A stretch of 64,000 nt of DNA from Mizuhopecten yessoensis (taxonomy: Eukaryota). Made by a program: the position numbers and the translations under genes. The DNA lies in assembly GCF_002113885.1 (NCBI RefSeq), contig NW_018405306.1:550891-614890 (forward strand), in the 5' to 3' direction. Positions 1 to 14,600 of the stretch are shown in pieces; the first letter of the stretch is position 1; every line of letters starts with the position of its first letter. Below the pieces are notes generated by a model. That model did no database searches. It was not told the DNA's origin and saw only the letters and a program-made list of their open reading frames with translations.

Positions 1-1095
1 GAGTGAAAACCGTTACCGCCTCACAGCTACGAAGCGAAAAGTTGCCAAATGGAAGGCAAAGAGAACGTTACGGAAGAATTATTGCAGGTGGGAAGTATCC
101 AAAGGAGAAAATACCTACCATAACAGTTACACTGTAGTACGGTGCATATGTTCTTACGATGATGCAATACTTTTTGTCTATGAATATTATTTTTCGACTT
201 CAGATAGAATCGGAATACGCATTGAAAACGGGAAAAGGGTCATTCGCTTACGTTGTAAAAATGGCGTGTGCGGCCGATACTTGGGGTCACATACATACGT
301 TTGCTTTTAGATTTACATAATTATTAATATATTCCCGGGTCCATTAAAATGGTATGATTTATTTACGTTGCTGAAGTAATCGATTTTTTAATTCACATGT
401 GAGATTTAAATATATATATAAATGACGGTCCAGGATGAATAACTGAGGAAGGAGAACCGACTAAGTAAATTGGATCGCATAACAGAAATATTTATTTATT
501 TCGTTCATATTATCAACAAATCGAAATCAAAAGCTGATGAAATTTTAGGCGATGAAAAATGAATGTACACGTTGACCTATTGGTTTAATGCGGCTCTTTT
601 TGAAAATATCTCTCGGTAGAAATATTAACAGAACCTGGTTGATATCATGACAAAAAGGATCTTCGGAAAACATCCGCGTTTTTACTTTTGGTGCCTGTGG
701 CAAAAACTGAAATTAAAAAGTCATGAAGCACCGACAAAGAAATAAATGCAACGGCAATCAGTTCCAAGATTTTCTGGTTATTTTTCATCCTTCTGGATAT
801 AACCGATGAAGGCCGATGGAGTGTGACGTCATAGTATGATAATCTCTGAACGACGTTTCATGCCTGCTAGTATCAAAATGTATGTTATAGATACTTTTTT
901 CACTCAGAATGTATATTAGTTTTTACCTAAATAAACAAGCAATAAAACATGGGTATTGTTTTCACTATATAAAGATGTTCATGTATGGGTTGAAACACAA
1001 TTGTGTTTGCTTCAAGGATACACTTTCTGTTTCCCCACTGGACGTCTACTTCCGGAGGAAAAATAAAATAAAGGCAAGGTGTAACAAGGGGCAAC

Positions 1096-4000
1096 AAATC
1101 CATGTCCACCGTATAGCCAATAATGTCTATCTTATAGCCAATCCATGCCCACCGTATAGCCAATCAATGTCCACCGTATAGCCAATCCATGTCCACCGTA
1201 TAACCAATCCATGTCCACCGTATAGCCAATCCATGTCTATCTTATAGCCACTCCATGTCCACCATAGCCAATCCATGTCCACACCTTATAGCCACTCCAT
1301 GTCTACCTTATAGCCAATCCATGCCCACCGTATAGCCACTCCATGTCCACCGTATAGCCAATTCAGGTCCACCTTATAGCCAATCCATGTCCACCATATA
1401 GCCAATCCATGTTTACCGTATAGCCAATCCATGTCTATCCTATAGCCACTCCATGTCCACCGTATGGCCAATTCAGGTCCACCTTATAGCCACTCCATGT
1501 CTACCTTATAGCTAATCCATGCCCACCGTATAGCCAATCCATGTCCACCTTATAGCCAATCTATGTCCACCGTATAGCCAATTCAGGTCCACCTTATAGC
1601 CAATCCATGTCCACCGTATAGCCAATTCAGGTCCACCTTATAGCCAATCCCTGTCCACCATATAGCCAATCCATGTCCACCATATAGCCAATCCATGTTT
1701 ACCGTATATCCAATCCATGTCTATCTTATAGCCACTCCATGTCCACAGTATAGCCAATTAATGTCCACCGTATAGCCAATCCATGTCCACCATATAGCCA
1801 ATCCATGTTTACCGTATAGCCAATCCATGTCCACCATATAGCCAATCAATGTTTACCGTATAGCCAATCCATGTCTATCTTATAGCCACTCCATGTCCAC
1901 AGTATAGCCAATTACTGTCCACCGTATAGCCAATCCATGTCCACCGTATAATCAATCCATGTTAACCGTATAGCCAATCCAGGTTTACCGTATAGCCAAT
2001 TAATGTCCACCGTATAGCCAATACATGTTTACCGTATAGCCAATCCATGTTTACCGTATAGCCAGTTAATGTCCACCGTATAGCCAATCCATGTTTACCG
2101 TATAGCCACTTAATGTCCACCGTATAGCCAATACATGTTTACCGTATAGCCAATCCATGTTTACCGTATAGCCACTTAATGTCCACCGTATAGCCAATAC
2201 ATGTTTACAGTATAGCCAATCCATGTTTACCGTATAGCCAATTCATGTCCACCGTATAGCCAATCCATGTCCACCATATAGCCAATCCATGTTTACCGTT
2301 TATCCAATCCATGTCTATCTTATAGCCACTCCATGACCACAGTATAGCCAATTAATGTCCACCGTATAGGCAATCCATGTCCACCGTATAGCCAATCCAT
2401 GTCCACCGTATAGCCAATTCAGGTCCACCTTATAGACAATCCCTGTCCACCATATAGCCAATCCATGTCCCCCGTATAATCAATCCATGTTAACCGTACA
2501 GCCAATCCAGGTTTACCGTATAGCCACTTAATGTCCACCGTATAGCCAATACATGTTTACCGTATAGCCAATCCATGTTTACCGTATAGCCACTTAATGT
2601 CCACCGTATAGCCAATACATGTTTACAGTATAGCCAATCCATGTTTACCGTATAGCCAATCCATGTTTACCGTATAGCCAATCCATGTCCACCATATAGC
2701 CAATCCATGTCCACCGTATAATCAATCCATGTTAACCGTACAGCCAATCCAGGTTTACCGTATAGCCAATTAATGTCCACCGTATAGCCAATACATGTTT
2801 ACCGTATAGCCAATTAATGACCACCGTATAGCCAATACATGTTTACAGTATAGCCAATCCATGTTTACCGTATAGCCAATTAACGTCCACCGTATAGCCA
2901 ATACATGTCCACCATATAGCCAATCAATGTTTACCGTATAGCCAATCCATCTCCACCATATAGCCAATCCATGTCCACCATACAGCCAATCAATGTTTAC
3001 CGTATAGCCAATCCAGGTTTACCGTATAGACAATTAATGTTCACCGTATAGCCAATACATGTTTACCGTATAGCCAATCCATGTCCACCGTATAGCCAAT
3101 TCAGGTCCACCTTATAGCCACTCCATGTCTACCTTATAGCCAATCCATGCCCACCGTATAGCCAATCCATGTCCACCTTATAGCCACTCCATGTCCACCG
3201 TATAGACAATTCAGGTCCACCTTATAGCCAATCCATGTCCACCATATAGCCAATCAATGTTTACCGTATAGCAAATCAATGTCCACCGTATAGCCAATCT
3301 ATGTTTACCGTATAACCAATCCATGTTCACCGTATTACCAATCCATATCCCCATGTCCACCGTATAGCCAACCCATGTTTACCGTATAACCAATCCATGT
3401 CAACCGTATAGCCAATCCATGTCCTCCATGTCCACCATATAGCCAAACCATGTCCGCCGTATTATCAATCAATGTCCACCGTATAGACGATCCATGTCCA
3501 CCGTATAGCCAACCCATGCTTACCGTATAACCAATCCATGTCTACCGTATAGACAATCCATGTCCACCTTATAATCAATCCATGTCCACCGTATTACAAT
3601 GTCCACCGTATAGCCAATCCCTGTCCACCATATAGCCAATCCATGTCAGCCGTATTATCAATCCATGTCAACCGTATAGTAAATCCATGTATACCGTATA
3701 GCCAATCCATGTACACCGTATAGCCAATCCATGTACACCGTATAGCCAATCCATGTTACCGTATAACCAATCCATGTTTATCGTATAGCCAATCCATGTC
3801 CAACCGTATAATCAATCCATGTCTACCTTATAGCCAATCCATGCCCCCCGTATAGCCAATCCATGTCTATCTTATAGCCACTCCATGTCCTCCGTATAGC
3901 CAATTCAGGTCCGCCTTATAGCCAATCCATGCCCGCCGTATAGCCAATCCATGTCCCCCATATAGCCAATCCATGTCCTCCTTATAGCCACTCCATGTCC

Positions 4001-7000
4001 ACCGTATAGACACTCAATGTCCACCGTATTGCCAATCCATGTCCACCGTATTGTCAATCAATGTCCACCGTATAGACAATCTATGTCCACCGTATTGCCA
4101 ATAAATGTCCACCGTATAGCCAATTAATGTCCACCGTATAGCCAATCTATGCCCACCGTATAGCCAATCTATGCCCATCGTATAGCCAGTCCATGTTTAC
4201 CGTATAGCAAATCAATGTCCACCGTATAGGCGATCCATGTCCACCGTATAGCCTATTCAGGTCCACCTTATAGCCACTCCATGTCTACCTTATAGCCAAT
4301 GCATGTCCACTGTATAGCCAATCCATGTCTAACTTATAACCAATCCATGTCTACTGTATAGAAATCAATGTCCACCGTATAGGCGATCCATGTCCACCGT
4401 ATAGCCAGTCCATGTTTACCGTATAGCAAATTAATGTCGACCGTATAGCCAATCCATGTCTTCCGTATAACCAATCCATGTCCACCGTAGAGCCAATCCA
4501 TGTCCACCGTATAGTCAATCCATGTCCACCGTATAACAAATCCATGTCCACCGTATAGCTAATTCAGGTCCACCTTATAGCCACTCCATGGCTACCTTAT
4601 AGCCAATCCATGTCCACTGTATAGCCAATCCATGTCTAACTTATAACCAATCCATGTCTACCGTATAACCAATCCATCCTTGTCCACCATATAGCCAATC
4701 CATGTTTACCGTATAGCAAATCAATGTCCACCGTATAGCCAATCCCTGTCCACCGTATAGCCAATTCATGTCCCCCTTATAGCCAATCCATGCCCCCCGT
4801 ATAGCCAATCCATGTTTGCCGTATAACCAATCCATGTCCATCCATGCCCACCGTATAGCCCCTCCATGTTTACCGTATAACCAATCCATGTTTATCGTAT
4901 AACCAATCCATGTCCACAGCCAATCCATGTCCACCGTATTACAATGTCCACCGTATAGCCAATTAATGTCCGCCGTATAGCCAATCCGCCACTCCATGTC
5001 CACCGTATAGACAATCTATGTCCACCGTATTGCCAATAAATGTCCACCGTATAGCCAATCTATGCCCATCGTATAGCCAGTCCATGTTTACCGTATAGCA
5101 AATTAATGTCCACCGAATAGCCAATCCATGTCCACCATACAGCCAATCAATGTTTACCGTATAGCCAATCCATGATGTCCACCGTATAGCAAATCCATGT
5201 CTACCTTATAGCCACCCCAGGTCCACCGTATAGCCAATTCAGGTTCACCTTATAGCCAATCCATGCCCCCCGTATAGCCAATCCATGTCCCCCTTATAGC
5301 CACTCCAGGTCCCCCGTATAGACAATTCAGGTCCACCTTATAGCCTATCCATGCCCACCGTATAGCCAGTCCATGTCTACCGTATAGCCAATCCCTGTCC
5401 ACCGTATAGCCAATTCGGGTCCACCTTATAGCCAATCCCTGTCCACCGTATAGCCAATTCGGGTCCACCTTATAGCCAATCCCTGTCCACCATATAGCCA
5501 ATCCATTTCCGCCGTATTATCAATCCATGTCCACCACCATATAGCCAATCAATGTCTACCGTATTGCCAATCAATGTCCACCGTATTGCCAATTCATGTC
5601 CACCGTATAGCCAATACATGTCCACCGAATAACCAATCCATGTCAACCGTATAGTAAATCCATGTATACCGTATAGCCAATCCATGTCCACCATATAGGC
5701 AATCCATGTCCACCGTATAGTCAATCCATGTCTACCGTATAGCAAATCAATGTCCACCGTATAGACGATCCATGTCCACCGTATAGCCAACCCATGTCCA
5801 CCATATAGCCAATCAATGTTTACCGTATAGCAAATCAATGTCCACCGTATAGACAATCTATGTCCACCGTATTGCCAATAAATGTCCACCGTATAGCCAA
5901 TTAATGTCCACCGTATCACCAATCCATGTCCACCGTATGTATAGCCAATCCATATACACCGTCTAGCCAATCCATGTCCACCATACAGCCAATCAATGTT
6001 TACCGTATAGCAAATCAATGTCCACCGTATAGCCAATTAATGTCCGCCGTATAGCCAATCCGCCACTCCATGTCCACCGTATAGACACTCAATGTCCACC
6101 GTATTGCCAATTCATGTCCACCGTATAGCCAATACATGTCCACCGTATAGCCAATGCATGTCCACCGTATAGCAAATCCATGTCTACCTTATAGCCACCC
6201 CAGGTCCACCGTATAGCCAATTCATGTCCACCGTATAGCCAATACATGTCCACCTTATAGCCACTCCATGTCTACCTTATAGCCAATCCATGTCCACCAT
6301 ATAGCCAATCCATGTCCGCCGTATTATCAATCCATGTCCACCGTATAGCCAATCCATATACACCGTATAGCCAATCCATGTCCACCGTATATACACTCCA
6401 TGTCCACCGTATTGCCAATTAATGTCCACCGTATAGCCAATCCATGTCCACCGTATAACCAATCCATGTCCACCGTATAGCCAATTCATGTCCACCTTAT
6501 AACCAATCCATGTCTACCGTATAGCCAATCCATGTCCACCGTTTAGCCAATTCATGTCTACCTTATAGCCAATCCATGTCTACCTTATAGCCAATGCATG
6601 CCCACCGTATAGCCAATCCATGTCTACCGTATAGCCAATCCATGTCCAATGTATAGCCAATCCATGTCCCCCCGTATAACCAATCCATGTTCCCCCTTAT
6701 TACCAATCCATATCCACTCTACCGTATAGCCAATCCACGTTTACCGTATAGCCAATCCATTTCCACCGTTTAGCCAATTCATGTCTACCGTATAGCCAGT
6801 CTACTGTATAGAAATCAATGTCCACCGTATAACCAATTCATGTCCACCGTATTACCAATCCATTCCATGTCCACCTTATAGCCACTCCATGTCTACCTTA
6901 TAGCCAAGGCATGCCCACCGGATAGCCAATCCATGTCCACCATATAGCCAATCCATGTCTATCGTATAGCCAATCCATGTCAACCGTATAACCAATCCAT

Positions 7001-9980
7001 GTCAACCGTATAACCAATCCATGCCCACCGTATAACCAATCCATGCCCACCGTATAGCCAATACATGACCACCGTATAGCCAATCCACGTTTACCGTATA
7101 GCCAATCCATGGCTACCGTATAGCCAATCCACGTTTACCGTATAGCCAATCCATTGCCACCGTATAGCCAATCCATATACACCGTATAGCCAATCTATGC
7201 CCACAGTATAGCCAGTCCATGTTTACCGTATAGCCAATCCATTTCCACCGTTTAGCCAATTCATGTCTTCCTTATAGCCAATCCATGTCTGCCTTATAGC
7301 CAATGCATGCACACCGTATAGCCAATCCATTTCCACTGTATATCAACTCCTTGTCCACCGTATTGCCAATTAATGTCCTCCGTATAGCCAATCCATGTCA
7401 ACCGTATAACCAATCCATGCCCACCGTATTACCAATCCATGTGTCCGCCGTATTATCAATCCATGTCCACCGTATTTCCAATCCATGTCCACCGTAGAAC
7501 CAATCCATGTCCACCGCATAACCAATCCATGTCTACCGCATAGCCAATCCATGTCTACCGCATAGCCAATCCATGTCCACTGTATATCAACTCCTTGTCC
7601 ACCGTATTGCCAATCAATGTCTACCGTATTTCCAATCAATGTCCACCGTATGGCCAATCCATGTCCAACGTATAGCCAATCCTTGTCCACTATATTGCCA
7701 ATCAATGTCCACCGTATTGCCAATCCATGTCCACCGTGTAGCCAATCCATGTCTACCTTAAAGCCAATGCATGCCCACCGTATCGCCAATCCATGTCCAC
7801 CGTCTAGCCAATCCATGTCCACCTTATTACCAATCCATGTCCACCGTCTAGCCAATCCATGTCCACCATATAGCCAATCAATGTCTACCGTATTTCCAAT
7901 CAATGTCCACCGTATAGCCGATCCATGTCCACCGTATAGTCAATCCATGTCCGCCGTATTATCAATCCATGTCCACCGTATATACACTCCATGTCCACCG
8001 TATAGCCCATCCATGTCCACCGTATAGCCCATCCATGTCCACCGTATAGCCCATCCATGTCCACCGTATAGGCAATCCATGTCCACCGTATTCCCGATCC
8101 ATGTCCACCGTATTACAAATCCATGTCCACCGTATATACACTCCATGTCCACCGTATTGCCCATTAATGTCCACCGTATAGCCAAGCCAATTCAGGTCCA
8201 CCTTATAGCCACTCCATGTCTACCGTATAGCCATTCCTTGTCTACCATATTGCCAATCCATGTCCACCGTGTAGCCAATCCATGTCTACCTGATAGCCAA
8301 TGCATGCCCACCGTATCGCCAATCCATGTCCACCGTCTAGCCAATCCATGTCTACCGGATAGCCAATCCATGTCTACCTTACAGCCAATGCATGCCCACC
8401 GAATAGCCAATCCATGTCTACCGTCTAGCCAATCCATGTCCACCTTATAGCCAATCCATGTCCACCTTATTACCAATCCATGTCCACCCTATAGCCAATC
8501 CATGTCCCCCGTATTACCAATCCATATCCACCCGTATAGCCAATTCAGGTCCACCTTATAGCCACTCCATGTCCACCGTTTAGCCAATTCATGTCTACCT
8601 GATAGCCAATGCATGCCCACAGTATAGCCAATCCATGTCTGCCTTATAGCCAATGCATGCCACCGTATAGCCAATCCACGTTTACCGTATAGCCAATCCA
8701 TGTTTACCTTATAGCCAATGCATGCTCACCGTATAGCCAATCCATTGCCACCGTATAGCCAATCCATTTCTACCGAATAACCAATCCATGTCCACCCCAC
8801 TCCATGTCTACCTTATAGCCAATCCATGCCTACCTTATAGCCAATGCATGCCACCGTATAGCCAATCCATTGCCACCGTATAGCCAATCCACGTTTACCG
8901 TATAGCCAATCCATTTCCACTGTATATCAACTCCTTGTCCACCGTATTGCCAATCAAGGTCCACCGTATAGCCAATCTATGCCCACCGTATAGCCAGTCC
9001 ATGTTTACCGTATAGCCAATTAATGTCCACCGTATAGCCAAATCCATGCCCACCGTATAGCCAGTCCATGTTTACCGTATAGCCAATCCATTTCTACCGA
9101 ATAACCAATCCATGTCCACCTTATTACCAATCCATGTCCACCCTACCTTATAGCCAATCCATATCTACCTTATAGCCAATGCATTCCCACCGTATAGCCA
9201 ATCCCTTATAACCAATCCATGTTCCCCCTTATTACCAATCCATATCCACTCTACCGTATAGCCAATCCATTTCCACCGTTTAGCCAATTCATGTCTCCCT
9301 TATAGCCAATCCATGTCTATCTTATAGCCACTCCATGTCTACCGTATAACCAATCCATGTTCACCGTATTACCAATCAATATCCACCGTATTACCGAGCC
9401 ATGTCCACCGTATTACCACTTATAACCAATCCATGTCTACCTTAAAGCCAATGCATGCCCACCGTCTAGCCAATCCATGTCCACCATATAGCCAATCCAT
9501 GTCCGCCGTATAACCAATCCATGTCCCCCGTATAGCCAATCCATGGACACTGTATAGCCAATCAATGTCTCCCGTATAGCCAATCCATGGACACTGTATA
9601 GCCAATCAATGTCTCCCGTATAGCCAATCCATGTTTATCGTATAGCCAATCCATGTCAACCGTATAACCAATCCATGTCCACCGTATTGCCAATCAATGT
9701 CCACCGTATAGCCAATCCATGGCCACTGTATAGCCAAGCAATGTCTACCGTATAGCCAATCCTTGTCTACCGTATAGCCAATCCATGGCCACTGTATAGC
9801 CAATCAATGTCTACCGTATAGCCAATCCATGGCCACGGTTTAACCAATCCATGGCCACTGTATAGCCAATCCATTTCTACCGTATTGCCAATCCATTCTC
9901 ACCGTATAGCCAATCCATGCTCACCGTATAGCCAATCCTTGACCATATTTTAGCCAATCCATACCCACTGTATAGCCAAT
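1096..9980. repeat. 22-bp minisatellite array, consensus GCCAATCCATGTCCACCGTATA, about 400 units
   Basis: Continuous tandem repeat read directly. Spurious ORFs repeat every 22 aa (MDWLYGGHGLAIRWTWIGYTVD = 3 x 22 nt). Confidence 0.98.
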
Positions 9981-10439
9981 AAGGCCCTCATTTCATTGTT
10001 AAATCGTCTGCATGGCTATCAGACGAGCATGTTTATTTGTTTGGTATAAAATATGCATACTCTTATATTCAAGGGTATTTTTACCTTGCCTAGAATGAGC
10101 CGCATAAATATCATGTAAGCTAAAAGTTGTTCGACTAAATCAATCTCCTTATTTTGGACCCAATTTCAGTCTGACCATTCTAATACGTATCTATAGACAT
10201 TTTCTTCTATTGGTAAAACATGTACATATGCAAAGATTCAAAACTGTTTATTTGCTGCAAAAATAACCCAAAAGCTGTATATATTTTAAACATTGAAGTA
10301 AAAATAAACTGGAAAATGTTTCAAGGTTATTTGTCCAAACACTTTAGAAATCGAATGTAGTTTTTCGTACATACAGTAACCCCTCCTCCCCTTAGTTTCA
10401 TTTTTGATATATTTGTAGCACGACTGCGGCAAGGTACTA

Positions 10440-10530
10440 CCGCTGACCACACAGCTCAGTTAGCTAGAGGTAAAGTATAATGATCGGAGGTCCAAAGCTC
10501 AAATGCTGATCTGGCCCATTTACATGTTTA
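10440..10530 (+). mobile_element. Degenerate tRNA-derived SINE head
   Basis: CAGCTCAGTTAGCTAGAG (A-box-like) ... GAGGTCCAAAGCTCAAATGCTG (decayed B-box region); resembles 33343-33435. Confidence 0.4.
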
Positions 10531-10742
10531 CACTGCGAGCACTGCTGTTTATCTTTTTCTATTTCATATTATTTATTTTTTAAATTTCACACATTATTTT
10601 ATTTATTTTATTTTATTTATGCGTTCCGCAAGGTATTGTTGTCCTTTGAAAAATAAATTATCAAATCCTATGTCAAGCTGGAAAAATGCATAGTTATAGC
10701 TTTTGGAAGTGGTCCGGGATCCTCAATGTAAAACGTGCCTCC

Positions 10743-10832
10743 TTAACCCATTCACCCCTGAAATTTCATAATGAACTATTCCAACCTTTGGATTGGAAGA
10801 GTTCAAATGTTTCTTCGGGGTGAACGAGTTAA
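10743..10832 (+). mobile_element. ~90-bp MITE bounded by TTAA (piggyBac-like non-autonomous element)
   Basis: TTAACCCATTCACCCCTGAA...TTCGGGGTGAACGAGTTAA terminal inverted repeats. Other copies at 32924, 33212, 62197 and a partial copy at ~30180. Confidence 0.8.
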
Positions 10833-11689
10833 TACATTCAGATCATAGAGTTCATATATCTACTACCATCAGATGAGGAATTATATTTCACAGATATGTA
10901 CATATGAACATTGCTAGACGAATGATATATTGTTGTGTCCCACCACAACCATTGAGACAATTAAGCACTGTTAACTTAAGTTTAAAAATGGGATTGACGA
11001 TCTTTTATGAGAGACAAATGCATCATATGATTGAGTGTATTTCGATGCAAATGGAAAAAAAACCTAAACAAACAATGTCAAAATATTAGATTATACAATA
11101 ATTTCTGTTGACAGAAAAGAAACCATTATATGTACCTGTTAAAATGACGATAGCATAAACAGTTTGGGTAATTTGTATGTATTGTATTGAGCGAATGCAA
11201 TATCCGTTCATTCAAAATCCTCTAACATTATTCTCCTTTTATAGAATTCACCTGGTTATGGTGAGTGTGCTGTCTAATGAACAAAGCAGGTAATTTGATA
11301 GATATATTTTAAATGTCCTATCCCCTGTGTGTTTCATAACGTGCCTTGTTTGTCCATGTATCGATGAACAGATAAAACTAAAAGGTTAATTGTACATTTG
11401 TCATAAACGAGTATGACGCGCGCTCTGTTTTATCTATTTAATAATGATTGGGATCTGAATTTTCGTAATTTTAGACAATTACTAAAACAAATGATGTAAC
11501 CTTACCAATACCCTGAAACAGAAGTATACAAGACATATATAGATTGGTTAGTTATTGCAATCTACACTTTCGTAATTTTAGACAATTACTACAACTCTCG
11601 ACGTAACATCGACAATTAATCTCGCGGAGACGTTTCTAGAACCTAATAGGAAAGATATTATACAAAGTACAAAGTGTATATAAAGATAT

Positions 11690-14600
11690 TATACAGAGTT
11701 TAAATTCAGTTAGCATACAGTATGTTTAAGCAGGTAATAAACAGAGTAGATATTATGTTTATACAGGTAGAATACAGAGTGTATACCGGTAGAAATGGTG
11801 ATTTTTTTTTATTATAACGAGCATAATACCGGTAGGATACAGAGTATATATAAGTAGTAAACAGGCCAAATAAAGAGATTATACAGTGTTTATACAGGTA
11901 GAATACAGAATGTATACAGCAAAAATAAAAATATTAAACAGAGGATAAAAACAGGTAGAATACAGATTATATACAGGTAGTAAACAAGGCAAATAAAGAT
12001 ATTATAACGACCATTACACCGGTAGGATACAGAGTATATATAAGTAGTAAACAGGCCAAATAAAGATAGTATACAGTGTTTATTCAGGTAGAATACAGTG
12101 TTTATACAGGTAGCATACATTGTTAATACAGGTAGAGTACAGTGTTTATTCAGGTAGAATACAGTGTATATACAGGTAGAATACAGTGCTTATACAGGTA
12201 GAATACAGTCTTTATACAGGTAGAATTCAGTGTTAATACAGGTAGAATACAGTGTTATACAGGTAGAATACAGGGTTAATACAGGTAGAATACAGTGTTC
12301 ATACAGGTAGAATACATTGTTTATACAGGTAGAATATGGAGTTTATACAGGTAGAATACAGGGTTGGTACAGGTAGAATACAGTGTATATACAGGTAGAA
12401 TACAGTCTTTATACAGGTAGAATACACTGTTAATACAGGTAGAATACAGTGCTTATACAGGTAGAATACAGTGTTACTACAGGTAGAATACAGTGTATAT
12501 ACAGGTAGAATACAGTGCTTATACAGGTAGAATACAGCGTTTATACCGGTAGATTACAGTGTTAATACAGGTATAATCCAGAGTATATACAGGTAGTAAA
12601 CAGGACAAATTATACAGGTAGAATACAGCGTTTTTACAGGTAGATTACAGTGTTTATACAGGGAAAATACAGTGTATATACAGGTAGAATACAGTCTTTA
12701 TACAGGTAGAATACACTGTTAATACAGGTAGAATACAGTGTTACTACAGGTAGAATACAGTGTTAACAAAGATAGTATACAGTGTTTATACAGGTAGAAA
12801 CCAGTGTTTATCCAGGTAGAATACAGTGTTTGTACAGGTAGAATACAGTGTTCATACAGGTAGAATACATTGTTAATACAGGTAGAGTACAGTGTTTATT
12901 CAGGTAGAATACAGTGTTTATAGAGGTAGAATACAGTGTTTATACTGGTAGAATACAGTGTTAATTGAGGTAGAATACAGTGTTTATTCAGGTATAATAC
13001 AGTGTTTATACATGTAGAATACAGTGTTAATTGAGGTAGAATACAGTGTTTATTCAGGTATAATACAGTGTTTATACAGGTGGAATACATTGTTAATACA
13101 GGTAGCATACAGTGTTTATACAGGTGGAATACATTGTTAATACAGGTAGAGTACAGTGTTTATTCAGGTATAATACAGTGTTTATAAAGGTAGAATACAG
13201 TGTTAACAAAGATAGTATACAGTGTTTATACAGGTGGAATACATTGTTAATACAGGTAGCATACAGTGTTTATACAGGTGGAATACATTGTTAATACAGG
13301 TAGCATACAGTGTTTATACAGGTGGAATACATTGTTAATACAGGTAGAATGCAGTGTTTATACAGGTAGACTACAGTGTTTATACAGGTATAATACATTT
13401 TTTATACAGGTAGAATACACTGTTAATACAGGTAGAATACAGTGTGTATACAGGTAGAATACAGTGTATATACAGGTAGAATACAGTCTTTATACAGGTA
13501 GAATTCAGTGTTAATACAGGTAGAATACAATGTTTATACAGGTAGAATGCAGTGTTTATACAGGTAGAACAGGTAGTAAACAAGGCAAATAAAGATATTA
13601 TAACGAACATTACACCGGTAGGATACGGAGTATATGTAAGTAGTAAACAGGCCAAATCAAGATAGTATACAGTGTTTATACAGGTGGAATACATTGTTAA
13701 TACAGGTAGCATACAGTGTTTATACAGGTGGAATACATTGTTAATACAGGTAGCATACAGTGTTTATACAGGTGGAATACATTGTTAATACAGGTAGAGT
13801 ACAGTGTTTATTCAGGTAGAATACAGTGTTTGTACAGGTAGAATACAGTGTTGATACAGGTAGAATACAGTGGTTATACAGGTAGAATACAGAATGTATA
13901 CAGCAAAAATAAAAATATTAAACAGAGGATAAAAACAAGTAGAATACAGATTATATACAGGTAGTAACCAAGGCAAATAAAGATATTATAACGACCATTA
14001 CAACGGTAGGATACAGAGTATATATAAGTAGTAAACAGGCCAAATCAAGATAGTATACAGTGTTTATTCAGGTAGAATACAGTGTTTGTACAGGTAGAAT
14101 ACAGTGTGTATACAGGTAGAATACAGTTTTAATACAGGTATAATACAGAGTATTTACAGGTAGTAAACAGGACAAATTATACAGGTAGAATACAGCGTTT
14201 TTACAGGTAGATTACAGTGTTAATACAGGTAGAATACAATGTTTATACAGGTAGAATGCAGTGTTTATACAGGTAGATTACAGTGTTTATACAGGGAGAA
14301 TACAGTGTTTATACAGGGAAAAAACAGTTTTTATACAGGTAGAATACAGGGTTAATACAGGTAGAATACAATGTTTATACAGGTAGAATGCAGTGTTTAT
14401 ACAGGTAGAACACAGTGTTTATACAGGTAGGATATAGTGTTTTTACACGTAGAATATAGTGTTTATGCAGGTAGAATACAGTGTTTATACCGGCATAATA
14501 CAGTGTTTATACAGGTACAATACAGTGTTTATACAGGGAAAATACAGTGTATATACAGGTAGAATACAGTGGTTATACAGGTAGAATACAGAGTTTATAC

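Noticed and set aside
645-775. Minus-strand hydrophobic stretch KILELIAVAFISLSVL as Kv exon 2 (S1)
   Set aside because: No pyrimidine tract before the AG, an in-frame stop soon after, and no convincing donor or Kv motif.
909-9803. Many Trp/Gly/His-rich ORFs (MDWLYGGHGLAIRWTWIGYTVD repeats) as a repetitive protein
   Set aside because: The unit is 22 nt, not a multiple of 3. ORFs occur in all frames on both strands and are broken by frequent stops and indels.
1096-9980. Minus-strand unit ATTGGCTATACGGTGGACATG resembles the K+ filter coding sequence (IGYGDM), hinting the array grew from the missing pore exon
   Set aside because: It needs a 3-nt insertion in an 18-nt match and no pore-helix or S6 sequence flanks the array; chance is sufficient.
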